Shown here piece by piece: positions 11,799 through 25,362 of a stretch of DNA of 64,000 bases. A model generated the notes under the pieces. That model saw only the letters and a program-made list of their open reading frames with translations. It did not search any database and had not been told where the DNA came from. Source of the stretch: Stylophora pistillata. Lineage: Eukaryota. The position numbers and the translations under genes were made by a program. Numbering within the stretch: position 1 is the first letter of the stretch; each line of letters starts with the position of its first letter. Location: NCBI RefSeq assembly GCF_002571385.2, contig NW_019217964.1:276731-340730 (forward strand), in the 5' to 3' direction.

Positions 11799-14333
11799 AT
11801 GAGTAAACCCTCTTCTAAAGCTACCTTCGAAGGAGCAAACCCACCCCAAATTGCTGGTAAGGTTTACAAGCTTGCTCAGTGCCATTGAGAATTTGTGATC
11901 AAGGTTTTAATCCTTGCAAGATTAACGGAGTCTTTCACTTATAATTAGTCATGTTTGTAGCCGAAGATTACCCTCAGTTGTACTAGACTTCGAAACAATT
12001 CTTTCTCGTTACAACTAAGAAAAGAGGAAAAAAACGTAGAAACAGAGAAACTTGAAATGTCCATAGAACTCACGATTCAATTTGGTAATGCGCAGAGACA
12101 AAAATATACTTCGCGTTTAAGGCTACCGTTATAATAGGTAATTTTCTTTTCTAATCAATCGTTTGTCTTGTAACAGTGATGAATCGCAGTTGAATTGATT
12201 AACAAATGCCGTCCATCAATAATTTAAATGTATCTACCATCTTATCCTCAAGAAAAAGTAAACATCATTCTAACTCAAACGAAACCGCTACAGTCAGTTT
12301 TCTAACTAAAAAGTATCTTACAGAAGTAGAATTCGAATGGCCAAGCCTGCTATTTGCTCAAAACTCCCAATCTAAACTTTAATCAAATAAACTACTACCA
12401 TTTTTTTCTTCAAATGCTTTTGTGTATCGACACCCTGGTGCGTCAATTCCAAAGACCAGGAGACTCTCTCATTAGCTGAGGCAGTCACTGAATCAAACAC
12501 TATTGTCAATTGTATGTTCTGATCGTATGCGTGGAAAAAGACTCACCAGTCAACTGACCCACATCACCTGAGTCCTACAGCCAATAACATCACGGAAGAA
12601 TTAACCAATCAGATTTCACGAATCAGACTTGCAACTGTCGACTAACAAACAGCTCCTCACTTGACCCGGATGATGACTTCCGCTGAATGATGACTTCCGC
12701 TGAATGATGACTTCCGCTGAGGTTGTCAAGTCGGTAGTCACTGTTACTGAGAGCAGTTCTTTTTAGCTTTCTTCCCGTTAGAACGATCAGATTACATAAT
12801 AGAATTTCTCGATAAACGTCGTAACTTTTTCTTTTTAGCACAAAGAACGAAGTAAAGAATATAGCAACGGCCAGGGCACCCTTAAGACTCACTTATTCCA
12901 AGGAAACCGTGAACAAATTGAATGAAATGCTCTTTTTCCCTAGAACTCCGCGAGGCGTTTTCCTTGTTCGACAAAGATGGCGGTGGATCAATTTCATCGT
13001 CTGAACTGGCCGCTGTCATGAGATCCCTGGGACAAAATCCAACAGAAGAAGAACTCAAGGAAATGATCGCTGATGTGGATGAAGACGGTTTGTATATATT
13101 TTTATTATGTTGTGTTACTTAAAAGAAAATTGCTCAGCCACGAGAACAGACTCTTACGCATTCTCTGGTGTTCCTATGATCAAACCCTCCAGTCTGCTAC
13201 TCTCTGGATTTGTTCTCGGTTGTCCCGAGTTAGAATTCTTGGCTGCACTTTGTATGTAGCCAACTGGTCGGTCTCTTGCCGGTTGGAGTTTTTAAACACT
13301 TTGTTTCTTCAGAATGTTTCAATTTGTTCGTATTGGCCTTGAAAAGTCCCATTGGGGAAGTGGCCAATTAAGTTTTGTTTCGAAATTTATGAGGATAAAA
13401 CATTTCACTTCTGCGCTTTGCAATCTATTGTTGTTTTATTTATTGACAGGAAATGGTGAGATAGACTTTGAAGAGTTTCTTCAAATGATGTCCAAAAAAA
13501 TTACAACATGTGATACAGAGGAGGAAATCAGAGACGCTTTCAGAGTGTTTGACAAAGATGGAAACGGTCTGATTAGTTCGCATGAGTTACGACAAATTAT
13601 GATGAATCTCGGTGAGAAACTAACAGATGAAGAAGTGGATGAGATGATGAGAGAGGCAGATCTTAATGGTGATGGGCAAATTGATTACGAAGGTAAATTA
13701 TAAAGTCATCATTGTTTGTGAATAGATCAACATCAACTAGCACTGATAGAGCGCTACTCGATTGAGTGTCCTAAAACGAACCAAAGAAATCACAACAGCC
13801 AATCATAGTAAGGTAAATATCACCAGCGACCAATGAGAACTCGAATTAAGAACAAACAAACTGACTGTAGCGCGTTTCAGTTTTGAATCCGATTGGCTAA
13901 GAAAGTGGCGCGACTGTTCTGGACTAATCACACAGCAAAGAAAAGTAAAACCAAAGCAATCCAGGATTACTTTCGGCACTCGATTGAAAATGTCTCCAGT
14001 CACTTGTTTCTTTTAGAATACTTTAGGGGCTCCTTAATAGTCTGCCCACAAATTTCAAATTATCAGTGTTCTTGTGTTAAAGTTTTCCAACTTACACTGA
14101 ACATGGGATTTGCGCAGTGATGCTTGCTCAAACAGGACAGGACTTCCTTCCTGATATCTGAAACGGACGGAACTGAGGCTTGCTAGTAGCGGGTCATTGC
14201 TGAGACCCTGCTGAAGGATTTAGAAAACATTCATATACATATTTCAAATAATAAATTCTTCCATTCCTGATGCACTAACTGAATCACTGTTCTTTTTTCC
14301 ACTGCAGAATTCCGATTTTTGATGACAAAGTAA
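11799..14333 (+). CDS. Calmodulin-like protein A (exons 11799-11856, 12944-13087, 13450-13692, 14308-14333)
   Basis: Four EF-hand loops ([48 protein letters not shown]). All junctions are GT-AG, phase 1. Ends EFRFLMTK*. The first and last exons are less certain. Confidence 0.88.
12635..12785 (+). repeat. Degraded Penelope-type repeat with 3x 17-bp tandem unit (atgatgacttccgctga)
   Basis: The tandem triplication is visible at 12670-12720. The flanks align by eye with the element at 63046-63170. Confidence 0.6.
13749..13997. repeat. Short non-autonomous element (MITE-like) with imperfect terminal inverted repeats
   Basis: gag...tcgattgagtgtc at the left and gcactcgattgaaaatgtctc at the right. 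A related degraded copy lies at ~51360-51645. Confidence 0.5.
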
Positions 14334-15589
14334 CGACGTTTTGCCATGTGAAAAGGGCTCAGGCGCTTAAAAAGGCAGAGAGCTCTGAAGCTTGATCGAA
14401 GCCACTGCATTTGTCCAAATTGAGTAACCTTTATCAACAAGGGTTACAAGTTGAAAATGCCGTCGAAGTATATAGCTATGATTAGAAGGGAGGCAATTTG
14501 CAGTGCAAAAAGGCAAACGATTTATCGAGCTTCACCACCGGCATGCTTTTATGGACTCTGTGTTTGACACCGCTGTGTTTTGCAGAAAATTTGTCTGCTA
14601 CATACATTATTCAAATCTCACATGGTCACATGGTCACATGTTACCATATAGTTATTATAGCTTGAAAGGAATCACAAGAAGGATTTTTTCTTTTCACTTC
14701 AAAATGAAGCTTATATCGCGCAAGCGATTATTATATATTTGACTTGCAAAGATCGAGTTTAAAGTTATAAAAGAAGCCAAATTTCAACCAAGAATCATTT
14801 TCTCTATACGAATTATTACGATAAACTGTGGAATCGGTTTTCTATTAACTTAATTATGAAGAGAAACATTAATCGTTATTTTTCTTAATTTACTTCTGAC
14901 ATTTTTAAGCGTTATTAGCTGCATTTTGGATAAGGTTACCTTAGGTTTGAGTGGGAAGATTTTATTCATCCACGTTGTTTTTAATTTACTGCGATTCTAC
15001 TTGATGTGCGCACAGAAGGGCATTTGCTCTAATAACGAATCAAAGGCTTGGCCGAATTCTGTAACATATGTCTTGAATGTGAAAATAACATACAAACCTT
15101 GAAATCAAAAAACCAATATGTCGATTTTTTTGTGATATGCTAAAATACCACAATTGATCTTTTTTTTCTGATTTTATGATGAGAAATACATCCTCTTGCC
15201 AAACAGTAAATATGCCACAAGCGATTTTCATCGTTTGGTTAATCATTTACATGGTTAATGGTCTCTGAAATCTATTTCTTATATTATTTCTGCCATTTGT
15301 TCATTAGTACTGTTAATATTTTCATTACTTTTTTTAAAGAAAAGAATGCATGTGATTTCAGAGAGAGTTGGCATATCTGTAGAATATAAGGAAGTTTTTA
15401 CTATCAACCATATTACATTATAATATTATAAAAGATAATTTCTAACTCTTGGTTGCGATAAGCGATTAACGACGAGCAAGGTTATCTATCCTGCAATAAG
15501 TTATGAACTGAAGTGATTTTTAAAAATGGAGACCAGTTCTTCAGTTTTACATTTTTACTCCGGCATTTCTCCAGCAAGTTATCTCAATA

Positions 15590-16423
15590 ACTAAAACGTC
15601 AATAAAATTTAAATCAAACTGGCTTTGTGAATCATTCTATTATCGATTATCCTGGGGTTATGCTCGATGAAGAGCTTCACTGGACAGAGCATACCGACCC
15701 TATTTACAACCAAGTCAACAAGCGTTTAGGACTTTTCGCACGGATAAAATCTTGCAGCGAAGTGTCTATAACACCATTATTGGCCATCCTTTAAAGGAAT
15801 ATCTCACTTCTCTTGGCAACTACTTGAAAGCCAATCGGCAGCATGAGGGATTTATTCCTATCGTTTTCGTTTTTTCTTTTATTATTTTATATACTTTTTT
15901 ATATACTTTTTACACTGTCTATTGTTTACATAGTTAGTATTTGTGTATTTCTCGTAAGGGCACACTTAATTTGGAGCCTCGCTCTGTTTTGTGTCCCGCA
16001 CCCTTGTCCTCCGTTCTCTTCTGTGTCTTGTTCATATGTATATTTTAGTCCTTTTAGTATTGTAAGTATGGTGAAAGCGATTAAATAAGAATAAATAAAT
16101 CCTTTGTAATACCGACACTACATGGGGTTTTTTTGTTTGTTTTGTTTTAACGACTTCACCGGGTGTGACTAGATCCGGAAGGGTTAGTGCAAACGGAACA
16201 CAAGGTCCATGCGAGGCACCACCCCTCCACCCAATTCACCCTGGATAGACACTGCACAAAGATAGACCACAACACCGGGCACTACGTACCCTACTCTTTT
16301 CGAAGAGTGAGTACGTTCTTTAACGTCCCACAATTTTTATGACATATAAGGGCTTGTGAGACGGGACCTCCATTTATCGTCCCTATCCGAGAAGACTAGA
16401 AAGTCTAACCTTTTGCAGATATT

Positions 16424-16455
<32 letters not shown>

Positions 16456-16930
16456 AAAGACCCTGAGTGTTGGTCCGGCCGGATTTGAACTCTCGACCTC
16501 CCGCACAACAGTCCGGCGCTATACCAATTGAGCTAACCGGGTGGCGGTTAACTGTGGGTCACTTCCAGGAAAACCCTTGAACAGTTACAAAATCGTGCTG
16601 CCCGCATTGTTTTAAGGTGAGTCCTCTAAAGACACTTTTAATGTTTTAGAGTGGGCCGAGTTAGAAATGATGCGAAAAAAGACATGGACGTGTTTTAGTT
16701 TAAAATATATATACTTAAATATACTAGTACCTCTAGTATGTTATTAGAAGCCAGAATGTACATGGCTATGACACTCGCAGAAGAACCGATTTGCACTTGC
16801 TCAAACCGAAGCTAAACCTTGGGAAACGAACTTTTAAATATTTAGGCTCAACCCCTTTTAATCTGTTGCCTCGTCACATTCAGAACGCAGAATACTTTCT
16901 TCCTTTAAATTTCTGATGATTACTTACGAT
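15590..16930 (+). mobile_element. Degraded LINE RT fragment interrupted by two later insertions
   Basis: YPGVMLDEELHWTEH-like motif at ~15650, LEQLQNRAARIV at ~16575 and GKRTFKY at ~16820. Interrupted by a LINE 3' end (~15785-16100, aataaataaa tail) and by a SINE. Confidence 0.65.
16150..16551 (-). mobile_element. tRNA-derived SINE with Deu/Nin-type central domain
   Basis: The - strand head ccggttagctcaattggtatagcg...gagttcaaatcc carries A and B boxes. It is followed by gtcttctcggatagggacgataaa...gggacgttaaagaac...ttcgaaaagagtaggg. An A-rich (aaac)n tail lies at ~16128-16150. Confidence 0.8.
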
Positions 16931-19144
16931 TTTAAACATTTTGTATTTTTAAATTGTTATATCATGTATTTTTAAATTATTCTACTCTTTAGTCCAGAGC
17001 CCCTCTGGATACCAGCCTCATGGCTGATTGGGTCACTGTGGTAAAATAAAGTCCACCTTACCTTACCTATGCAGCAGAAGGCTAAAAACTTATAGTTGAA
17101 TAATTTGAAGCTGCTTTTGAATGATGAACCTAGAGTATTCGACCTTCCACTACTCACCTCTCCCATCCCCCCCTCACTCATCCTTAGGTCACTTAGGTGC
17201 ACGCGCTTCATATAGTAGGGCCTCGTCGCATAAAGCTGCACATTTTTCGGTCACCATTCCCCACTCTGACAACTGGGAGCATCTAAGGTTTCTTGTGGGT
17301 TTCTTTCTAGGTTCTAGGATTTCATCTCGCCGTTTGAAAACGAGTCATTTAAGCTGAGAGAGAATGTACTGTGTCTTTGCCCTTGAGTAATATTCACGTC
17401 TGTGTAGCGGCAAATGCCGCAGTAGTTGTTATTGTTCATTGCTCTCGTGACAAAATCTCTACAAAATTATGAAGCTACACACGGGGGCAAGCAAACACTA
17501 CTTTGTCTACCCAGTTTAAAGGCAATGTTTGCCTTAGAAAAAGTTAATACGGAAATCCGGTTCGTTGATCTGCGACAGCGAGTCAATCAATCAATCAATA
17601 ATGTGAATGAAGATGTCGGTTTACCACATGGGTCATTAACATTACATGTTGATCAAGCCTAATTACGGAATGCTTTCAAAAACATTGGAATTAGGCTCGA
17701 TTTGAGTCGAAGATTGGCTTGCGGTGCAATAAAAAAGATAAACATTTTGGTCCAATTTCTCAGGGATGGTAAGTGGTAACTGTTGATATAAGTAATACAA
17801 ACACTATGACAGATGAAATGAAGCAATAGACAAAATGTCGCTAAGCGGAAAGTTTCTTCCAATTTTTCCCTTAGGGAACTTTTGTATGAATGCGCAATAT
17901 GAATTAATGCAAAAGAATGCGAAAGAGACGAGAGGAAACGTAAATTTATGGTACTATTCCTTTGAAAAGGGAACGTCACTACTCATTGTGAATAATCAGA
18001 GAAACTTTTTAAAGTCCGTGTAATTACGCACGAAACAAGAGTGTGAGAAAAAATTGATCGCAAGATGGAAATGAAGGATAACAGATAAGCTGAAATGGAC
18101 TAGATCGCTTGCTGTCAGCACTATTCTAACACTTAAGAAGAAATCAGCAAACATCTTTTTTTCGCGCCTGGGTTAATTCTTATATTTTGCACGTCAAGTT
18201 ATTTCTAACCAGATGTGTTCACGGTTTATTCATAAAATTGTTCTCCCAAAGGCAAATGTTTAATTATTCTCCGCCGTTGAAGGCCTGACCTTAAATTTTC
18301 ATGAACTTGTTGTCATAATCAAGTCAAGAAACAAATCAGTACCTTAAGGCCAGATTATTTTTAAAGCACTACAGCCGTTCTTTCGCTATGATCTTCCACA
18401 AGTACCAATATTCGATAAAATACAAAACAGGCTGTAATTAACTTCATAAGTCACAACTATTCAGTTTGGAAGATATCATAATTCTCAATTCAAAGGTGGT
18501 GGACGAGAAGTTCCTGAAGATCAAGTCATGGCCGTTTATCTATAGCTTTACAGCAAACTTCTGGTGGTCCTTACATTTCGCTTTGGGGTTTGAGTGATAA
18601 AATTCAAAACGTTTTACTTTTGCTCATTGACACCTCGTAAACGGCCATGGCCATTATTCAAATCAGCTATTTCTGCATGAGTTTTGTTTTTCTCCTTTTC
18701 TCACAAAAGAAATAACAATTAATCAGCCGTTATTACAACGTGTCCAAGCTAAGACAACAAGGTCCTTGGCTGTAGTCTTGAGGATTATTAACTTTCTGAA
18801 ACAGACAAAATAAAGAAAAAGAATGTTCTTCAACCAGGTTTTGCTGTGTTTCATAATGAGAGGACAAACCTTGGTTTGGCCTTTCATCCAATCAAATCCA
18901 GATATTGTATTTTGAGACAGGTGCTACAGTGAGTCAATAGATTTAAAATGGAAATTAGCCCAAAGTGTTCGGCGAGCACACAAAACGTTATGACGTCAGA
19001 AAAGCCAAACATAAGAAAATTTATGCGAATTTTGTCCGTATGTATTGATTGCTACGATCTGCAGTTGTTTATCATTGGGAACATCCGTCCACCGCAAACT
19101 GAGGTGTATGAGCTGCCAAGTAGAAACGAGAAAAATTCAGAATC

Positions 19145-22100
19145 ATGGTGAATATTCGTAACAGAGGATAAAGAACTCGTTTTGCTTTTAGCACTGAGCT
19201 GATTGCGGCTAGCCTGCAACTCGTTCGTTTAAACGAATACTCGCTTTAGGTTATAAAACCCAAATGCAAGACAGCGCGCGCAAGACTCAGACATACATGA
19301 TAAGTTGCGACTTGTTCATGCCTCTTCAAAGACGTTTACTTGCTCTAACACGGTTTTTATTTTCTTTTTTAGGTCGAACGCCAACTTACTGAAGAACAAG
19401 TTAATGGTAAGATGTCGCTTAGCTTTAAAATATCTAGAGATGTTATTTATATTTTGATTGTAATACTACAATGTTGCGCTGACCAGACGAGAACGCTTGT
19501 AATGAAACTAAACTGTCTCTTCATGCACAGAGTTACGAGAGGCTTTCTCGCTTTTCGACAAAGATGGAAGTGGGACAATTTCGAATGAAGAGCTCGAAGT
19601 GGTGATGAAGTCTCTTGGGCAGAACCCAACTGAAGACGAACTCCAGGAAATGATTCGCGAAGTTGATGTGGATGGTAAATTAAATGTTAAGTCACTTGGA
19701 AGTTTTGCTCCTTAGTCTGACTGTCAGCTGACGAAAATCTTTACAGAAAAAAACAAAAATGTAAATTACTGCAAAAATTGACAAATTTCCTAGAATAAAC
19801 CCGAACAGTTTTTAATTCGGTTTATTTTATCTAGATTACAAAAACTTTAACAAGTTAAGGTGCGGTTTAGTAGAGATTTTGCGCGAATGTGTAAAATGCC
19901 ACAGAAACGTGAGAAGCAAGATTGTGTATTTGTAATGTTCCTCTTCAATATGGGATTAGATGTGAAATGTGATAAATCAAGTGGAGACTACCTCACATTT
20001 AACCATTTTTGTTCGCTGTTAGATTCCATTCGGCCCCGCTGTAAAAAAAGAAAAATTAATCTACAGTTAATCACCAAATACATCCTAACAATAAAGTAGA
20101 TTTTCTGCAGCTGGCTGGCGATTTTGTACGAGCTACTTTCTCGTGGGGCAAATTTTATTGCAAGGGCTTAACTATCTAAAGGTAAACAAAAACTAACTAC
20201 TTTTCTTGTTTCAAGAGAAAATTATTCAGTTCGCATTTGATGGAAAATTAATTTCTGTTAGATCCCATTTTTTTCTGTCCACTTGCTATGAAATCCAGAT
20301 TAACATAATGAAACCTCGTGCACGTATTATGTACACTTTCCAATTTTCAAGCGCGCGCTTCAAGAAAATTGATTTTCTTCTCTAATAAGTGCAAGAAACA
20401 CATGCATTCCTACTACTTCAAAATTTTAATCGCAGATGGTTCCTCAAAATAAATTATTTTCTTTTATTAGTAGCTTTTCCTTTTCACTTCTTTGGAGACC
20501 CAACTTTCGTTCATTTTTTATCAGTGTGTGATTTTCAGGAAATATTTTATCGAAAAAGTACCATTCAGGTAAACAAAGAGCCACACGGAAAAATGAATCT
20601 TTGTAAATTAAAAGTGAAGTTTTTTTCCGTGCCGGTTTTGAGAAAAACTTCCTGATACAATATAATACTAGTAAAAAAAAAAAAAAAGGCGAAGATCCTC
20701 TATGACAAAAAGCTGCAAGTAAATAAGATTATTTTGAAATGGAAGTATTACATGATTTCAATCGGAAGACATGACCAAGTTGTTTACTTTGTAATATTTG
20801 GAACATTGAATGTGTTTTTCTATTCATTTCTGTGCCGGATCAAACCGCCAACCCAAAACAGTAGTGATCTGTGGTATGTAAATTTTAGTGGATTTTTCGT
20901 CAAATCTCATATTGTTTTGTATTGTAATTCAATGAAAAACAAACATCGATGAGTCATTTTCTGTCGTAATGAAATCCAACTCTCGAATGTTGAGATGAAG
21001 GGAGATAGTGGTGAATTCTTTGGCTGTTCTTTTTAGTTGATCAAACAGTCTGGTGCTACCTTTAAGTTTCCTCGGTTTGAATATAGGTGTTAATATTTTC
21101 ATTGTCTAAAAGTAATATCAATGGAGCTTCCTAAACGTGGTGTTCGCCTTACAGGGCCATTAGTAGACGCTATGTAAAGCAAAGGCCCCTGGGACATAGC
21201 AATAGTTTGCACATTGAAAATACATTCCTTGGAAGGATAAGCTATGTAGCTCCCAGCGTAACTTGGGCGTATTCTTATTGGAGATTGAAAGGAGATAAGT
21301 TTTGGCATTCAGTGGTTACTTAAAGGGAAAGTCAGGTTATGATGCTTATCGTGAAAAAATTGAAATATTTCATGCTTAATTTTGACTCGGAAGTCACGTT
21401 TCAGACTTGGTTGACCAAATCAGCGATGAAATCAACTGAAACGTGTCTTGTTTAGTTTGAAGAAGGCTACATGTACATGGTTGCAGATTAATTTCAACTT
21501 ACGTCAAGGGCTGAGGCACATTTTCTTTAGAACCGAACAAGAAAGGCAATTAAATGAGAAAAAACTGCAGATAAAGCGGATGACAAAGTAAATGTTTTTC
21601 AAAAACAACCGGGAACATAGATGAAATGTACGTCAATTTCCGAAGCTTTAATCAGCCAGTTGGCAGCTGTCGCAGTCAGCTGGACACGAATGTTTTAACA
21701 CATACCTATATCTCGATCTCTCTTAAAATTGGGATTTTTCAGTTAATCGCCTTCATTTTCATTCGCAGGAGATCCTTGTAATTTTTCTTTTTGCCAAATT
21801 TGTTATAAAACTATCAATTCATGAAATGAGTTTGATTAATTATTCAGGACAGGATGATCAATTCAAACATAACCAGCTCTTTGAGATTGACTGAGAGACT
21901 TCATTCATCCGCTAAATTCTGTTTTAATTTTAAACAAACAAAATATCGAACATCTTGTGCTCTATTCAAACTTGTGTCCACGACTTGCAACTTGTCATCT
22001 AATTTTGATAAATTTTTAATGGTGCATCCTGTGTTTCAGGCAAATTTTCATTTGGTCACAAGCCTAACTTTCTCCTGTTTGTCGCACGTGCTCAGATAAT

Positions 22101-25100
22101 TCTAAATACCATTTTGTCGGTGTGGTTTGATTGTATTGCATTTTGCCTTCATACGACGCGTGATCCCGATAAGAATATTGGCTCTCTTGAGATGTAGAGG
22201 AAAGATGTCCTTCGGCTTCCACATCCGAACTCAATGTATTTCATAGAAAGCGTATTACTATAACACTCATCAGACTCGTTTTTAATCAATTTTTCATCGG
22301 TTTTCTGTGTAGGATGATGTTTGTATTTTGTTACCCGGCCTGCTATCACGGATGTTCTTGAGTAACTACCTGTTTGCTAAAAGATTGCTCTTCTTTTGTG
22401 AGTATTATTGGAACGGGGTGAACTATCCAAACCACTGTCGCAATAAAGCACTATCACCCATATAATTAGATATTTGGGATCTTGTTAAGCTAGTTTCCAT
22501 GCATAGGTAACACGCTGCTTTCTTGGATGTTTAGCGTTTAGTTGGCTGCATACAATTGTTTTTGAACACTGACACAAACACATGGTTTTTTGAAAGAGTT
22601 AATTGTTCAGGTGACCACAAAAAGTTTTATAGTGGAATATAATTTCAAACTGCTATTAATCAACACTCTTCAAAACATCGCCCTATGAAATAAATCAGTG
22701 AATTACAAATAAATAACATGACAATGCCAGGGTCTAATTAGGTCTTAATTCTAGAAAAAACCTTTATTTGAATTTTTTTGTGGATTAGTTATTTCAAATT
22801 TCCTTCAGAAGGTCTGACGACAGCCCGTCTGCACGATTAATCCGGCTTTTGTTTGTATTGAATAATGGACATATTTCTTAGAAGTTTCAACAAAGAATCA
22901 ATTAATAAAAGTGTTTACCGTGTAAGAATGTATATCGTTTGAACGCTAAATGGTCGCAGAAGCCTACTCATTGTCAAGAATCTAAGCGTAAATGCAGCTA
23001 AATTAATGAATCTCAATTGTATCTTTCATGAGAACTAAAACCTTTTGTAGTGATATCAAACTAAGTTATCACACCTTGGTGAAAATGACAATTGTTAAGA
23101 GTAGTAGCTTGTGTAGAGCAATACGATAAGGCACCCTTATTTGGGGAGGCTTCCGAATATTTCGCGGTTCTTTTTAAAAGCAAGTTTAGTTGTATATGAC
23201 GGGTATATTTGTAGTGTCACTACGAGGTTAGGGTACACTTAGAATTAGGTGTGGTTAGCCTCTCCTGTCAGGGTCGAGTTTTATAACTCTGGAAATACTT
23301 ACGAAGTGGATAATGGCTCATTTTGTAAAGTGTTGACTCGGAACAATTTGCACAAAAGAACTCGAAAGTGGCGATGTTAAGTACATTGAACAGTTCTCAA
23401 ATGAGTGAGGTAAAGTCGTCCGCTTTTTTATGGAAGAAGAAGGACATTAGCATTTCAAAACCCATTTCAAAGGAAAGAAATCCTTAGCACCCAGTGTTGT
23501 CTTGCTCTAGGTCTGTAGAGTAACCATCTTACCATCTAAAGGCGTTAAAATGCTACCACTTAGTTAAAATTACAGCTGCACTTTGTTAGATTAAACAAGT
23601 CGCTGTCCATGATGAAGCACATTTTAGGTTCTTTGCAACTTGTCCAACCATGTCGCAACCTTTAATGAAGACGACTTTTGTTAGAATACGGTGAATTTCA
23701 TTTCTTCACACGCTCGTGGTTGTCTTTTCTACCGTTTTTATTCTTAATTTCCAATATGTTCAAGTGTTTATTAGAAAAGTATGTTTATGCAGAGATTCGC
23801 CCTAAAGAAGTTACGCGAAATTTAGTTTACAAACAAGAATTTTGTACAAATGCAGCTAAAATGAGATCCCTTAATTTGTTATCTCAAGGAAACGGTGAGG
23901 TGGATTTTGAAGAATTCTTGCTGATGATGAAGAAGCAGATGCAAGCGAGGGACACCGAGAGTGAAATACGAGAAGCATTTCGAGTGTTTGACAAAAATGG
24001 AGACGGAATGATTAGGTACTATCATGGAAATTCTTCACAGTTCAATTTATATTTCTCTTACAAACAAAAAAAATTCCGTTAATTAAAGTAAAAGATATCC
24101 CGTTTTTTTATGAAACGCGACCAGTCAAAGCTTTCTAATTTACATCTAGTGGCAAGTAGCCCTTTTATGAACTTGCTTAAATTTTGCACTTGTTCTGTAA
24201 GGGCCGGGGAAATCGGGGTTAAAAAATGTTTCAAGAACGTTCACAGAATCGCTTTTCACTTATACGTTCCAGGTAATCCCATCAGTTCCAGACTTCACCT
24301 TACGCTAACAGTGTGTACCCTTAATTCCACATAGTCTATACATGAAAAAAATCTGCAGTATTTGCTTTCAGTTTCCTTGTTTTAATTTCCGAATGTGCAA
24401 GAATGGGTCTCAAATTTGTATTAACCTACAAAAGTCCATGTTGTTCAGTATTTTTTTATCTTTATTTACTTATTGGCTCATTTATTGTTCCGTCAGTCAT
24501 TCAGAACTTCGTAATGTGATGACGAGCCTCGGAGAGAAGTTAACAGAGGAAGAAGTTAGTGAAATGATGAAAGAAGCTGATCTGAATGGAGACGGATACA
24601 TCAACTTTGAGGGTATAGTAGATAAACTGTTATTTGTCAGTTTGCTCTTTGATATCTTGTAGACAGTTTCAGACAAGGAATGTATATCGTGGAATTAAAA
24701 ATGGTATTGTTCGAGATATATGTACTTGAGACAAGACAAAAAAAACATCTTCGTGTTGTTCAAACTATATCGGGAAATATTGATGCCCGGTATTTACCGT
24801 TTTGGACTCTGGATTTAAAAGGTCTGGGTTCGAGTGTCTAGCCGGGTACGGGTAATTGTGTTTGCGTTCTCGGCTGAGACACTGAATTAACTCTCTCGAT
24901 GCCTGTCTACACCCTTATCCATCATAACAAATGGCTGCCAGACGAAATAAGATGGACTAACATCCTGAAAAGGTAGAAGAGCAACAATTCCTTTCGCTTC
25001 ATGTAACAGAAACTGACCCCTTTAAGAAACTCCCTCCTACAAAGTAATGCCCAAATTAATGATCTATTAATTTTTTAAACCTGCATTATATTGATATAAT

Positions 25101-25362
25101 TTTATTCTATCCTCAGAGTTTGTGATCATGGTGTCAAACATTGAAAAGAACCCAGAGGCTCCCCCTCAATATTTGTAATGCCCAAAATTAATAATTAATA
25201 ATTAATAATTAATAAGTAATGCCCAAATTAATGATCTATTAATTTTTTAAATCTGCATTATATTGATATAATTTTATTCTATCCTCAGAGTTTGTGATCA
25301 TGGTGTCAAACATTGAAAAGAACCCAGAGGCTCCCCCTCAATATTTGTTAGCTACTAAGTAG
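19145..25362 (+). CDS. Calmodulin-like protein B (exons 19145-19147, 19373-19406, 19531-19674, 23889-24015, 24497-24612, then 25117-25178 or 25289-25362)
   Basis: M|[32 protein letters not shown]...[12 protein letters not shown]...[12 protein letters not shown]...[17 protein letters not shown]. The ATG-only first coding exon and 144-nt third exon match the canonical calmodulin layout. All junctions are in frame. Confidence 0.9.
24790..25015 (+). mobile_element. Degraded tRNA-derived SINE (CORE-like)
   Basis: B-box gggttcgagt followed by ttgtgtttgcgttctcggctgagacact...ctctctcgatgcctgtctacaccc; ends gcttcatgtaacagaaactg. Confidence 0.5.

Noticed and set aside
14017-14120. Alternative last exon for calmodulin-like A (EYFRGSL...)
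   Set aside because: The acceptor is plausible, but the peptide does not resemble the EF4 exit helix; 14308-14333 (EFRFLMTK*) fits much better.
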